The notes under the pieces: model-generated
Told to the model about the DNA's origin: nothing
Databases searched by the model: none
Seen by the model: only the letters and a program-made list of their open reading frames with translations
Shown: piece after piece, positions 42,875 through 51,834 of the stretch
Layout of the letters: each line of letters opens with the position of its first letter
How positions within the stretch are numbered: the stretch's first letter is position 1
Origin: Candidatus Multivoradales bacterium
Lineage (GTDB): Bacteria > Acidobacteriota > Thermoanaerobaculia > Multivoradales > J023
NCBI GenBank assembly: GCA_965248925.1
Contig: CBDFLE010000006.1
Location: forward strand, 384,001-448,000
DNA length: 64,000 nt
Direction: 5' to 3'
Translations under genes and position numbers: made by a program

Positions 42875-44347
42875 ATGAAGATGTTCGCCGTCGTCTTGTT
42901 GTCCGCCTTGCTCACCGTCCCCGCCTTTGCCGCTGGCGCCCCGCCGTCCGCGGAAATGCTGCCCTACTCCTCGCCCTCCAAGATAGACACCTCCACCGCT
43001 ATCACCGCCACCGCCGAGCTGCACAGCTGGCTGTCGTCGTTCGAAGGCAAGGCCGATAGCGCTTTCGAAGTGCAGGTGGCGAGTGACCAGCTCACCGCCC
43101 TGGCGGCTGCCCAGTCAGACGGCGGGCCGCTGTGGGTCGGTGTTCAGGGTGATGTCGGGTTCGACTTCAGCAGCCGCGGCGGCAACCAAGCACTGGGCTC
43201 GAGCAAATTCTCCGCTGGCGACCAGGTGTGGAGCGGTGCCTTCCGCTCGCCGGGTGCCACCGGCGTGCGCCTGTACCTGACCGCTCTGGACCTGCCGAAA
43301 GGCGCCGAGCTCTACGTCTACGGCCGTCACGGCCATGCTTTCGGCCCCTACACCGACAAGCAGGGGAGCTTCTGGACCCACACCGTGGCTGGCGATGAGA
43401 TTGTCCTGCAGCTGCACCTGCCGCTCGACGCGCCGGCCGCCAAGCACGCCTTCCGAGTCGAGTCGTTGACCCACATGGGCAACAACTACGAGTTCGGCTA
43501 CAGCCCGCAGAAAGCCTTCTGCTCGTGGAACGACAGCTGCATTCTCAACGCCGAATGCGAGAACATCCCGAACGGTGTTGCACCGGTACAAGACGGCGTC
43601 GCCTACTTGATCTTCTCCGCTCCAGGCGGCACTTTCATCTGCACCGGCGGCCTGCTCAACGACACCGCCAACTCCGGCACCCCTTTCCTGTTGACCGCCA
43701 ATCACTGCATCAGCAGCCAGTCGTCCGCCAGCAGCTTGGAGGCTTACTTCCAGTGGACAGTAGGCTGTGGTGCCAGCTGTGGCTCGCAGTTCAACCCACC
43801 GGGCTCGGTGCCGCGAACCCTCGGCGCCAACCTTCTGGCGGGTAGTTCGAACACCGACTTCACCCTCATGCAACTCGACCAAGCGGCGCCGGCCGGTAGC
43901 ACCTTCCTCGGTTGGACTACTGCTGCCGTGGCCAACTCCGCGGGGACTAACCTCTACCGCGTGAGCCATCCCTCGGGATCGCCACAGGCCTACAGCGAGC
44001 AGGACGTCAACACCACCGCCGGCACCTGCTCGACCTTGCCACGGGGTAACTTCATCTACAGCGACGCCACTCTCGGCGACACCGAGGGCGGCAGCTCAGG
44101 CTCGCCGGTGGTCAACGGCAGCGGCCAGGTCGTCGGTCAGCTGTTCGGCGCCTGCGGCGCCTCGCCCTCGACCACTTGCGACGGCGACGACCGCACGGTG
44201 GACGGCGCCTTCGCGGTGACCTTCTCCTCGATCTCGAGCTACCTCGATCCAGGTTCGTGCGCTTTGAACGGCGCCAGCTGCTCTGCCAACAGCGACTGCT
44301 GCTCGAACAAATGCCGCGGCCGCCGCGGCCGCAAGACCTGCCGCTGA
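42875..44347 (+). CDS. Secreted S1 (lysyl endopeptidase-like) serine protease with Cys-rich C-terminal tail
   Basis: AAGGAG RBS; CTGGLLND, LTANHC, DFTL, TEGGSSGSP; tail CALNGASCSANSDCCSNKCRGRRGRKTCR. Confidence 0.92.
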   Translation: MKMFAVVLLSALLTVPAFAAGAPPSAEMLPYSSPSKIDTSTAITATAELHSWLSSFEGKADSAFEVQVASDQLTALAAAQSDGGPLWVGVQGDVGFDFSSRGGNQALGSSKFSAGDQVWSGAFRSPGATGVRLYLTALDLPKGAELYVYGRHGHAFGPYTDKQGSFWTHTVAGDEIVLQLHLPLDAPAAKHAFRVESLTHMGNNYEFGYSPQKAFCSWNDSCILNAECENIPNGVAPVQDGVAYLIFSAPGGTFICTGGLLNDTANSGTPFLLTANHCISSQSSASSLEAYFQWTVGCGASCGSQFNPPGSVPRTLGANLLAGSSNTDFTLMQLDQAAPAGSTFLGWTTAAVANSAGTNLYRVSHPSGSPQAYSEQDVNTTAGTCSTLPRGNFIYSDATLGDTEGGSSGSPVVNGSGQVVGQLFGACGASPSTTCDGDDRTVDGAFAVTFSSISSYLDPGSCALNGASCSANSDCCSNKCRGRRGRKTCR

Positions 44348-44367
44348 TCAGCCTAGAAACCGCAACT

Positions 44368-44402
44368 AAAAAAGCCCGTGTCGCAGCGACACGGGCTTTT
44401 TT
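44368..44402. terminator. Bidirectional intrinsic terminator
   Basis: aaaaaagcccgtgtcgc-a-gcgacacgggctttttt between convergent genes. Confidence 0.88.
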
Positions 44403-44442
44403 GCGCCCCTTCAAACCGGCACTGTTCTCTCAGCTGCACCGT

Positions 44443-45630
44443 CTATGGCTCTATTGCCTGTTTTTGGGTCACCGCGTCGATATGCTGCTGGTAAGCGTCG
44501 AGATTGGGATCGTCGTACTCTTTGCCCACCTCGAAAGCCTGCTGATAGAGCTGACGCGCTTTCTCCAGCTGGCCCGCCGCCTCGATCGCCTCGCCCAGGC
44601 TGTCGTAAACGTTGGCGGAATTGGGAAAACGCTCGACATTGGCCTGGAAAGTAGCTATCGCCAGGTCGACCTCCTCGTTGCCCAGCGCCCGGTAGCCGAG
44701 GCCATTGATGGTCACTTCAGGGGTGTGGATCTGGTAGCCGTACTCGGTCGACAACTCTGCATAGTGCTGGTCGACCGCCGCTAGCCCCGCCTCTCTGGCA
44801 AACGGTGGCACAGTCCAGCGGGGAAAGAAGAAACGCAATCCGGCATAGACACTGGGTGCTGGAATCGACCCATGGTCCTCACCATCGAGAACCTCAGCAT
44901 GCCAGCGCAAGCCGCCCGGCGCGCGATAGCGGAGGGTCGTTTCCATGTTCTGAAACTGGGTCAGCATGTCACCACCCTCACCAGCCAGGGTCAGGTACAG
45001 CAACCCAGAAAGTTCGGGTCGCTGAACAAATAACTCCCGCGCCTGCTCCACCGACCGCCCTGCGTCCCACCACAAGCTGGGGCTGATCGCCAGGCTGGCA
45101 TCGAACAAATCCGGATCGGTGACGAGAGCATGCACCGCGAACAGACCGCCGAAGGAATGCCCTACCAGCAGCCGGAAGGGGGCGGTGCGGTAGCTCTTCT
45201 CGATATGGGGAATCAGCTCGTCGCGCAAGAAACTGAGAAACCTATCGGCACCACCGCCGGCCTCGATCAGCTGCGCCCGATCCTCTGGCGGATCGGCCTG
45301 GGTCCAGGCTGGGGTCAGATCCCGAGTGCGATCGGTGTTGATCACCCCGACGACGATCATCTCCGGCACATGCCCGGTCCTGGCCAACGCCGCCAGAGTG
45401 CCGGTGGTGTGATGGAAGCGGTTCCGCGGATCGAGCAGGTAGAGCACCGGGTAGTTTGCTTCAGATCCTTCGTAGTCGGCCGGCAGGCTGATCATCAGCC
45501 GACGCTGCTCGCCGAGGATGGCGGAATGCAGAGTTTCTACTTCGCCAATGGTTATTGGCTCTGCCAGCAGAGCTCCGGTAGCAACCGAGAACATCAATCC
45601 GAGAACGAGAGCGGTTCGACACTGCATCAA
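44443..45630 (-). CDS. Secreted alpha/beta hydrolase (IroE/BesA-type esterase) with C-terminal TPR
   Basis: YPVLYLLD, RTRDLTP, GGGADRFL, GHSFGG, ISPSLWW, EDHGS; FPNSANVYDSLGEA. Confidence 0.9.
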   Translation of the reverse strand: MMQCRTALVLGLMFSVATGALLAEPITIGEVETLHSAILGEQRRLMISLPADYEGSEANYPVLYLLDPRNRFHHTTGTLAALARTGHVPEMIVVGVINTDRTRDLTPAWTQADPPEDRAQLIEAGGGADRFLSFLRDELIPHIEKSYRTAPFRLLVGHSFGGLFAVHALVTDPDLFDASLAISPSLWWDAGRSVEQARELFVQRPELSGLLYLTLAGEGGDMLTQFQNMETTLRYRAPGGLRWHAEVLDGEDHGSIPAPSVYAGLRFFFPRWTVPPFAREAGLAAVDQHYAELSTEYGYQIHTPEVTINGLGYRALGNEEVDLAIATFQANVERFPNSANVYDSLGEAIEAAGQLEKARQLYQQAFEVGKEYDDPNLDAYQQHIDAVTQKQAIEP

Positions 45631-45786
45631 GCACTACCTCCTGGTTCAAGAACGGTGGCTGAGACGACAACTCAAGTACGAGGTGTGCAGGCGAAGGTTC
45701 TCACGGCCACACAGCGACCGCGAAACAGCGCCCAATACCCGCGCTGGGAAGGATGGCGAGTCAGTGTGATAGCCTTTCAACTCGGC

Positions 45787-45853
45787 TTTTCTACTGACTG
45801 TTTTTACTGACTATTTTCTACTGACTGTTTTTACTGACTAACTGACTATTGAC
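45787..45853. repeat. AT-rich tandem repeats (27 bp x2; ACTGACT x5) in a divergent promoter region
   Basis: ttttctactgactgtttttactgacta x2 followed by actgacta and ttgac. Confidence 0.8.
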
Positions 45854-45899
45854 GCTTTGATGCGCCGGGTTCCTTGCGACCGGGTGGAAGGGGTAGTAA

Positions 45900-47195
45900 A
45901 TGGAATGCTCCCGCGACGCCTGCAAGACTATTCTCGAACGTTGTGATCAGCTCGCTCTGATCAGCGAAGAGCGCGGCCGAATCACCCGCTCCTATCTTTC
46001 ATCCTCCATGGAGCAGGCGACCGCTTTGGTGGCGAAAATGATGGTCGCCGCCGGACTCGAGACTGAACGTGACCACGCTGGTAACTTAATCGGCACGCTA
46101 TCTTCCGACCGCTTGGACGCCCCGGTTCTAGTGCTCGGCTCCCATCTCGACACGGTGCGCAACGCTGGACGATATGATGGCGTTCTCGGGGTTCTTCTCG
46201 CCCTGGCGGCCAGCGAATCCTTTGCTCAATCGAACCTACCTTTCGACCTTGAGGTGGTTGCTTTTGCCGACGAAGAGGGCCTGCGATTCGGCCAGCCCTT
46301 TCTCGGTAGCAAGGCGCTGATCGGCGAACTCGGTGGGGACTTGTTGGCGTGCTGTGACGGTGAGGGGCAGCCGCTGGCGGAGGTCATCCGCCAATGGGGC
46401 GGCGAGCCCGACTCGATCTGTTACCGCTACCGCGGACGGCGCACTCTGGGCTACTTAGAGGCTCACATTGAACAGGGCCCCGAACTCGAAAGCCGTCAGC
46501 TACCGCTGGGAGTGCTGGCCTGTATTTCGGGCTCCAGGTGGTTGCGGCTATGTTTTGTTGGCCGCGCTGGGCACGCGGGCACGACTCCGATGAAGCTGCG
46601 CCGAGACCCCCTGAGCGGTGCAGCCGAGTGGGTCCTCGAGGTTGAGCGGCTGGCCCGCGAACAGTCCAGCATGGTCGCCACCGTCGGCAAGCTTGAGGTG
46701 AGCCCCGGCGCCGGCAATGTTATTCCAGGACAAGTCGAGGTCAGCTTGGACATCCGCCACGGCGACAACGCGGTGCTCGACCGCGCCGTCTCAGAGCTAC
46801 TCCACAGAGCCCGCCAGATCTGCGCTCATCGCCAGCTCGAGGTGAGCCACGAGATGCTCAGCAATCAACCTGGAGCCGGCGCCGACGAGCGGCTTTCCGG
46901 GCTGCTCGCCGATGCCGTGCGGGCGACCGGCACCACCCCGGCGCGGATGGTCATCGGCGCCGGTCACGATGCCATGATCATGGCCGCCAAAATGCCGATG
47001 ACCATGTTGATGATGCGCAGTCCTGGAGGCATCAGCCACCACCCCGACGAAGCCGTCGTGCCGGGCGACGTCGAACTTGCCCTGGCCAGCCTACGCAGCT
47101 TCATCGAGCACTTGGCTCAGGCCGAGAGCGACAGCGAGCCGCGATTCGAGCCACCCGCTGCAGGATCCATCCACAGCCTCGGCCTCGACCCCTGA
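45900..47195 (+). CDS. Allantoate amidohydrolase / N-carbamoyl-amino acid hydrolase (M20 family)
   Basis: GSHLDTVRNAGRYDG, DEEGLRF, EAHIEQGP, GHAGTTPM, GAGHDA, GGISHHPDE. Confidence 0.93.
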   Translation: MECSRDACKTILERCDQLALISEERGRITRSYLSSSMEQATALVAKMMVAAGLETERDHAGNLIGTLSSDRLDAPVLVLGSHLDTVRNAGRYDGVLGVLLALAASESFAQSNLPFDLEVVAFADEEGLRFGQPFLGSKALIGELGGDLLACCDGEGQPLAEVIRQWGGEPDSICYRYRGRRTLGYLEAHIEQGPELESRQLPLGVLACISGSRWLRLCFVGRAGHAGTTPMKLRRDPLSGAAEWVLEVERLAREQSSMVATVGKLEVSPGAGNVIPGQVEVSLDIRHGDNAVLDRAVSELLHRARQICAHRQLEVSHEMLSNQPGAGADERLSGLLADAVRATGTTPARMVIGAGHDAMIMAAKMPMTMLMMRSPGGISHHPDEAVVPGDVELALASLRSFIEHLAQAESDSEPRFEPPAAGSIHSLGLDP

Positions 47196-47249
47196 TTCTC
47201 TGTAGCCGCCAAACCACTGACTTGATAACCCTGCTGCCCACGGATCCTC

Positions 47250-48977
47250 TTGATGCTGACCTATGAGAGAGTTTCATTCGCTCAGGCCGATGCCACGACC
47301 GGCCTCGACTACGGTTGGAATCTCGTGCTGCAGGACGGCCGTCGGGTCCCTTGGCGCGGCTTCTACACCGGCCCGCTGACTCTAGAGAGTCAACGCATCA
47401 CCGAGATCTGCGGTGATCTTCTCGGCCTGGAGGTTGGTCAGTTGCAGGCGGAGGTCGAGCGCGCCCTGGTGCCCGCGGTCGGCGAGAAAGCCGAGCAGCC
47501 GGCGTTCTTCCTCCACTCCACGACTCCTGAGCTCAAGACTTTCGACGCCGATCTGTCCGCCGTTTTGCGAGGCAAGACCCCGGGCGATTTCACCACCTAC
47601 AAGGAAACTCGCTCGGTCTACCTGGCGCGGCCGGGCGATATTGTCATCGGCCGGACGCGAACCTGGAAAGCAGCTGTTGAGGCCATCGGTGCCGACGCCA
47701 TCGAGCTACCAGACGTCGACCACTACTACCTCTCACACGCTCTGCTGAGCCTGGCGGCAGCGCACCAGCTCAAACCTCTGGCGGCGATCGATCGCTTGGT
47801 GGCCGAACTGCGCCGAGGCCCACGGGTCATCCGGCTCTACGCCTTCGAGCGGGAGATGCAGATTTTCTTATTGTGGTTGGCGCGGCAAGCCGGCCTCGAC
47901 ACCTTGGCGGTCGAGGCCAATCAACCGGCGATCGCCTCCACCTGGAACCGCAAATCGGTCCTCCATCCGACCGTCAACCAGGCCCTGGCTGCCGAGCACC
48001 AGCTAGCGGCGGCAGCTCCTCTTGCCGCCAGCGAGCTGCTGCGCATCGAAAGCCGGCTCTGCCACTTGGCCAGCGAGCTGGGCAGCGATATCCCCGCTCT
48101 ACCAGGCTACACCCTTGAGCGCGCGGGCCACAGCGCGGCAGGTTTCACTAGCCAACTGGTGGCTGCCGCAGAGCTGCTGCGCAGCCGCTATGGCCTCGAG
48201 CAAGGTTGCCTCAAGGCTTCGGAGTCAGGCGACGGGGCGCGCATCACGCCAGGCATCAAACTGGCCGATCTGGCGATCCTCGAAACCTTGGGTCGCGAGG
48301 CCAGCAGCCATGGTGACGACTATGTGCTGGAAGCCCATGTGCATTATCGACGGCCGACCCTCGCCGGCCAGGAGCTAATAACCGCTGTGTCGGCTCACAT
48401 CCGCGGTGGCCGCTTGGCCGCGGGTGCAACCATCCAATTCGTCGAAGGCACCTCATGGAAGGGCAATGTTTACCTGGATGAAAACACCCATGAACTGTTC
48501 CAGGTATCGCGCAGTCAATACCGTGAGATTCGCACCTTCATGGCAGACTTCGCACGCCATTTCGAGCGCCGAGGAGGGGGATTGGTGCTCGGCGGCATCG
48601 ACTTCGCAATCGGCACGGTGGGTGGCAACTTCGGCGACACTCCCTTGCTCGGGGTGCAGGATTTGAACATCTCTTTCACCGGCGCCGAATGCCTGCGAGC
48701 CTTCCTCGCCAAGGCCCGCGGCAGCGAGCGGCTGGCCGGTAGCCACCGCTATGGCGTCATCCGGATCTTCAAACCACGCCTCGATGGTGGCGACCACGGC
48801 GCTTTTCTCCAGCAGACGAAAGCACTGGCAGAGAGCGGCGTCTTCGCCGACACCATCGCCTCGATTCCCGGCCGCTGGGCGATGGTCGGAGTCGCCGGCG
48901 CAGATCTCCAGGTGGCGCTGGCAACGCTCAGTGAGCTGCAGCAGACGCTGGAGAAGGAAGGGCTGATCGAAACCTGA
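47250..48977 (+). CDS. Hypothetical protein, probable pre-ATP-grasp + ATP-grasp ligase
   Basis: RSVYLARPGDIVIG, NRKSVL, CLKASESGDGARI, YVLEAHV, GGIDF, QDLNISFTG resemble ATP-grasp motifs. Confidence 0.6.
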   Translation: MMLTYERVSFAQADATTGLDYGWNLVLQDGRRVPWRGFYTGPLTLESQRITEICGDLLGLEVGQLQAEVERALVPAVGEKAEQPAFFLHSTTPELKTFDADLSAVLRGKTPGDFTTYKETRSVYLARPGDIVIGRTRTWKAAVEAIGADAIELPDVDHYYLSHALLSLAAAHQLKPLAAIDRLVAELRRGPRVIRLYAFEREMQIFLLWLARQAGLDTLAVEANQPAIASTWNRKSVLHPTVNQALAAEHQLAAAAPLAASELLRIESRLCHLASELGSDIPALPGYTLERAGHSAAGFTSQLVAAAELLRSRYGLEQGCLKASESGDGARITPGIKLADLAILETLGREASSHGDDYVLEAHVHYRRPTLAGQELITAVSAHIRGGRLAAGATIQFVEGTSWKGNVYLDENTHELFQVSRSQYREIRTFMADFARHFERRGGGLVLGGIDFAIGTVGGNFGDTPLLGVQDLNISFTGAECLRAFLAKARGSERLAGSHRYGVIRIFKPRLDGGDHGAFLQQTKALAESGVFADTIASIPGRWAMVGVAGADLQVALATLSELQQTLEKEGLIET

Positions 48978-49101
48978 GAGGCAGCCCGAGGGAGCTGATC
49001 CGCGGTACCCGCTGGCGGCAGATCACCGCTCGCCGCGGAACCTGATACTTCTGCCGTCAAGCGGTAGCCAGCGGCTGAATTTCGGTTAGGCTGCCAGTCG
49101 C

Positions 49102-50382
49102 ATGCCGACTTACGAGATCTCCCCATCCCTGCAGCGATCCAATGAGACCGGCACGGCGCGTTCGGCGGAGCCTCGAACCCGCCCTCGGTACTGGCGGCGA
49201 ACCGCCGCCCTGATGCTGCTAGTCCTCGCTATCGCCTTGGCTGTTTTGGAGGCTTGGCGCTGGCTGCGGCCAAGCTCGGACCCCGACAAGAGAACCTCAG
49301 CAGAGCAGCTAGCGGTTGAGATAGCCAACAACATGATCACGTTGGAAGGCGAACTCAGCGCTTTCCTGCTCGCCGATGGCCCCGAGCCAGGAGCGGTAAC
49401 AGCACGAGCAACCGCGGTCCGCGAGCGGTTCGCCTGGGCCCATCCACTATTCCTGATCGACCGCGACGGCAAGGTACTGGGCCTCCCCGCCTCCTCACCC
49501 ACCGGCCGAGTCAACGATCGGCGACAGAAATCGCGGCGACGCCGATTCAAGAACATGATTCAGCGAGCGAGATCACAGGACGCCATCACCAGCGGCACTG
49601 GCCAAGCCCGTCCAGCCTCGGCCGGCGAGCCCACGGCACGGTTTACCGCAGCCGAATCGCCCTACGGGCTGCGCGTCCTGATCAATCTACAGCGGGATCA
49701 GCTATGGGTCACCTATCGCTTGCGAGCCGCCGTGTTGAGCCACTGGCTCACCGCGATCTCGACCTCGCCGAGCGGCGCAAGCAACTCCTCTTGGCGGCTG
49801 CTCGATCCCAGTGGCAAAATCGTCTACGCCAGCCTGCCCAACGCGGCACACCTGGTGGCTCGCTCAACCGCTCCCCTTGCGACCGCCCCACGGTGGGCGG
49901 TGGAGGTGCTCTCACCAGCGGGCGGGGCGAGCCGCTCCTGGCTCCGCTTGGGCCTCGCTTCGGCTCTGCTCACCGTCGCCTCGATGCTCTTCTCCGGCCG
50001 GCGCTGGTGGGCAGCCCGCCGCGCGGAGAGCAGCACACCGAAGATCGACCAACTTCCCCCGGCCAACACCGAACCGGCACCCGGACGGATATCGATCGGC
50101 TCCACGGTGATTGATCTCGACCGCTACGAGGCCCGCCGCGGCGAGGTTCGGCATCTCTTGACGGATCGCGAGGTGGCCCTTCTGAAGATGTTCGTCGCCG
50201 CCCCCGAGCAGGTGATCCGCCGAGAGCGAATTCTGGACGAGATCTGGGGCTATTCGGCCGCGGTCACCAGCCGCACCGTCGACACCTTCGTCTACCGGCT
50301 GCGACAGAAGATCGAGGCCGATCCGCGGCAACCCCGCCATTTCCTGACCGTGCGTGGCGCCGGCTATCGTTTTGTTCCCTGA
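49102..50382 (+). CDS. Two-TM membrane sensor fused to a C-terminal OmpR/PhoB winged-helix DNA-binding domain (no receiver)
   Basis: Two hydrophobic segments flanking a sensor-like region; LTDREVALL, RERILDEIWG, SRTVDTFVYRLRQKIE, TVRGAGYRF. Confidence 0.85.
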   Translation: MPTYEISPSLQRSNETGTARSAEPRTRPRYWRRTAALMLLVLAIALAVLEAWRWLRPSSDPDKRTSAEQLAVEIANNMITLEGELSAFLLADGPEPGAVTARATAVRERFAWAHPLFLIDRDGKVLGLPASSPTGRVNDRRQKSRRRRFKNMIQRARSQDAITSGTGQARPASAGEPTARFTAAESPYGLRVLINLQRDQLWVTYRLRAAVLSHWLTAISTSPSGASNSSWRLLDPSGKIVYASLPNAAHLVARSTAPLATAPRWAVEVLSPAGGASRSWLRLGLASALLTVASMLFSGRRWWAARRAESSTPKIDQLPPANTEPAPGRISIGSTVIDLDRYEARRGEVRHLLTDREVALLKMFVAAPEQVIRRERILDEIWGYSAAVTSRTVDTFVYRLRQKIEADPRQPRHFLTVRGAGYRFVP

Positions 50383-50400
50383 CCGGTTTGCCCATCTCGT

Positions 50401-51498
50401 TCAATGACGCAGCACGCAGCCGTCCACCGCCGTCAATGCGGCTTCGATGGCGATCGCCCCTGCCTCGAAGGCGGGCACGGTGTGGGTCACTCCAGGCACT
50501 ACCGACACACTGGTCAGCCCGGTAGAAGACCCCAGCAGGGCCAGGATGTAGGGCGAGGCCATCGCCAGCGAGGTCCCACAATCGTCCTGCCCCGCCAGAA
50601 TAGCCACGTTGGTGAGGGGATGGTCGATATCGGCCAGCGGCGACAGGACACTGTTGTCGATCAGCGTTGGCACATCGGCGAGCGCGCAAGGCATGTCGGC
50701 CGGCGGAGCATTGAGATCGAAGGCAGAGTCGATATTGCGCTCGATCGAATTGGCGGTGAAGAAGCAATCGTGAACGCCCGCATGCTGTGGACAAAAGCCG
50801 AGCAGGTCCAAGTTGGCATTGCATTCATCTTCCCAGACCACCGACGAGGGGTCGCAGCCTCCGTCGATCGCACCGTGCGGCGGACCGCCGGTCAGCACCG
50901 CCATGTCGAGCTGATCTTCGAGGGAGTAGCTGGCCAAGCCGTAGCTGATCTCAGAAGCGCCTCCCGATTGGCCAGAGGCACAGAATGCCTGGCTCGACGG
51001 GTCGTGCAGCTGTGGATGGCCGTAGATCCAGTCGACCAGAGTGGCATAGCGGCAAGCCGAGTCTTGCAGCGAAACCGAGCCGTTGAACCAGCCTCCTCGG
51101 CTGCCATCGGGCCGATCCCCCCAGGCTCGTTGAATCACTCGAAAGCCTGCCAGGTTCAGACGGTCGATCATCGCCGCCGCCGGCAAGGCGGGAGCGCCGG
51201 CCGATTCATAGAATCCGCGCCCAGCTCCGCCCATGCCCAACACCAACGTACCGCGGATCGGCGTGCCGGCGGGCGGCTTGGTTAAGCGCAACTGCACCGG
51301 GCGATCCTCGATCATCGGGCAACGCACGGTGGCTTCGACACAGGTGTAGGGCTGCGACAGATTCATCGCCGCCAGGCCGCAGAAGCTGGCGCCGACCTGG
51401 ACATTGCCAACCTGACCCAAAACCTGCGCCGCCGACAGCGACGCCAAAGCACTCGAAAGTAGGCAGGCGGCCAACCAGCTGTAGTGAGATCTAGACAT
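50401..51498 (-). CDS. Secreted Cys-rich alpha/beta hydrolase-like protein
   Basis: AGGAGA RBS; signal peptide; nucleophile elbow CASGQSGGAS; GVTH near the C-terminus. Confidence 0.75.
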   Translation of the reverse strand: MSRSHYSWLAACLLSSALASLSAAQVLGQVGNVQVGASFCGLAAMNLSQPYTCVEATVRCPMIEDRPVQLRLTKPPAGTPIRGTLVLGMGGAGRGFYESAGAPALPAAAMIDRLNLAGFRVIQRAWGDRPDGSRGGWFNGSVSLQDSACRYATLVDWIYGHPQLHDPSSQAFCASGQSGGASEISYGLASYSLEDQLDMAVLTGGPPHGAIDGGCDPSSVVWEDECNANLDLLGFCPQHAGVHDCFFTANSIERNIDSAFDLNAPPADMPCALADVPTLIDNSVLSPLADIDHPLTNVAILAGQDDCGTSLAMASPYILALLGSSTGLTSVSVVPGVTHTVPAFEAGAIAIEAALTAVDGCVLRH

Positions 51499-51574
51499 CG
51501 CCGTTCTCCTTCTCAGAATCGCCACTCGGGTGTTCGAGAGGCACCCGCATCCTAGAGAGAAAGCCTGGCAACAG

Positions 51575-51607
51575 AGTCAACGGTAAGTCAAAGGTAGGTC
51601 AAAGGCC
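51575..51607 (-). promoter_or_regulatory. Three 11-bp direct repeats, putative OmpR/PhoB-type operator
   Basis: agtcaacggta / agtcaaaggta / ggtcaaaggcc, about 80-110 bp upstream of ATG 51498. Confidence 0.6.
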
Positions 51608-51834
51608 ACCATGCGTTAGATCGCCAGTCGCGCCGAGGTGTCCCTAGGTAACTCCTACTACTATTTCCGCTCCAAAGAGCATTTCATCCTAGGCTTCTTC
51701 GCCCGCTCCCATCGCCAGCATCTCGAAGCCTGCGAGCGAGTCGCGCGACGACCACTCTAATGCTGCCGGCTGAGGATCGCCGCGGCCGGCGCCCGCTGTC
51801 CCCGGATCGAACCCAACGACTCCTCGATGCACAC

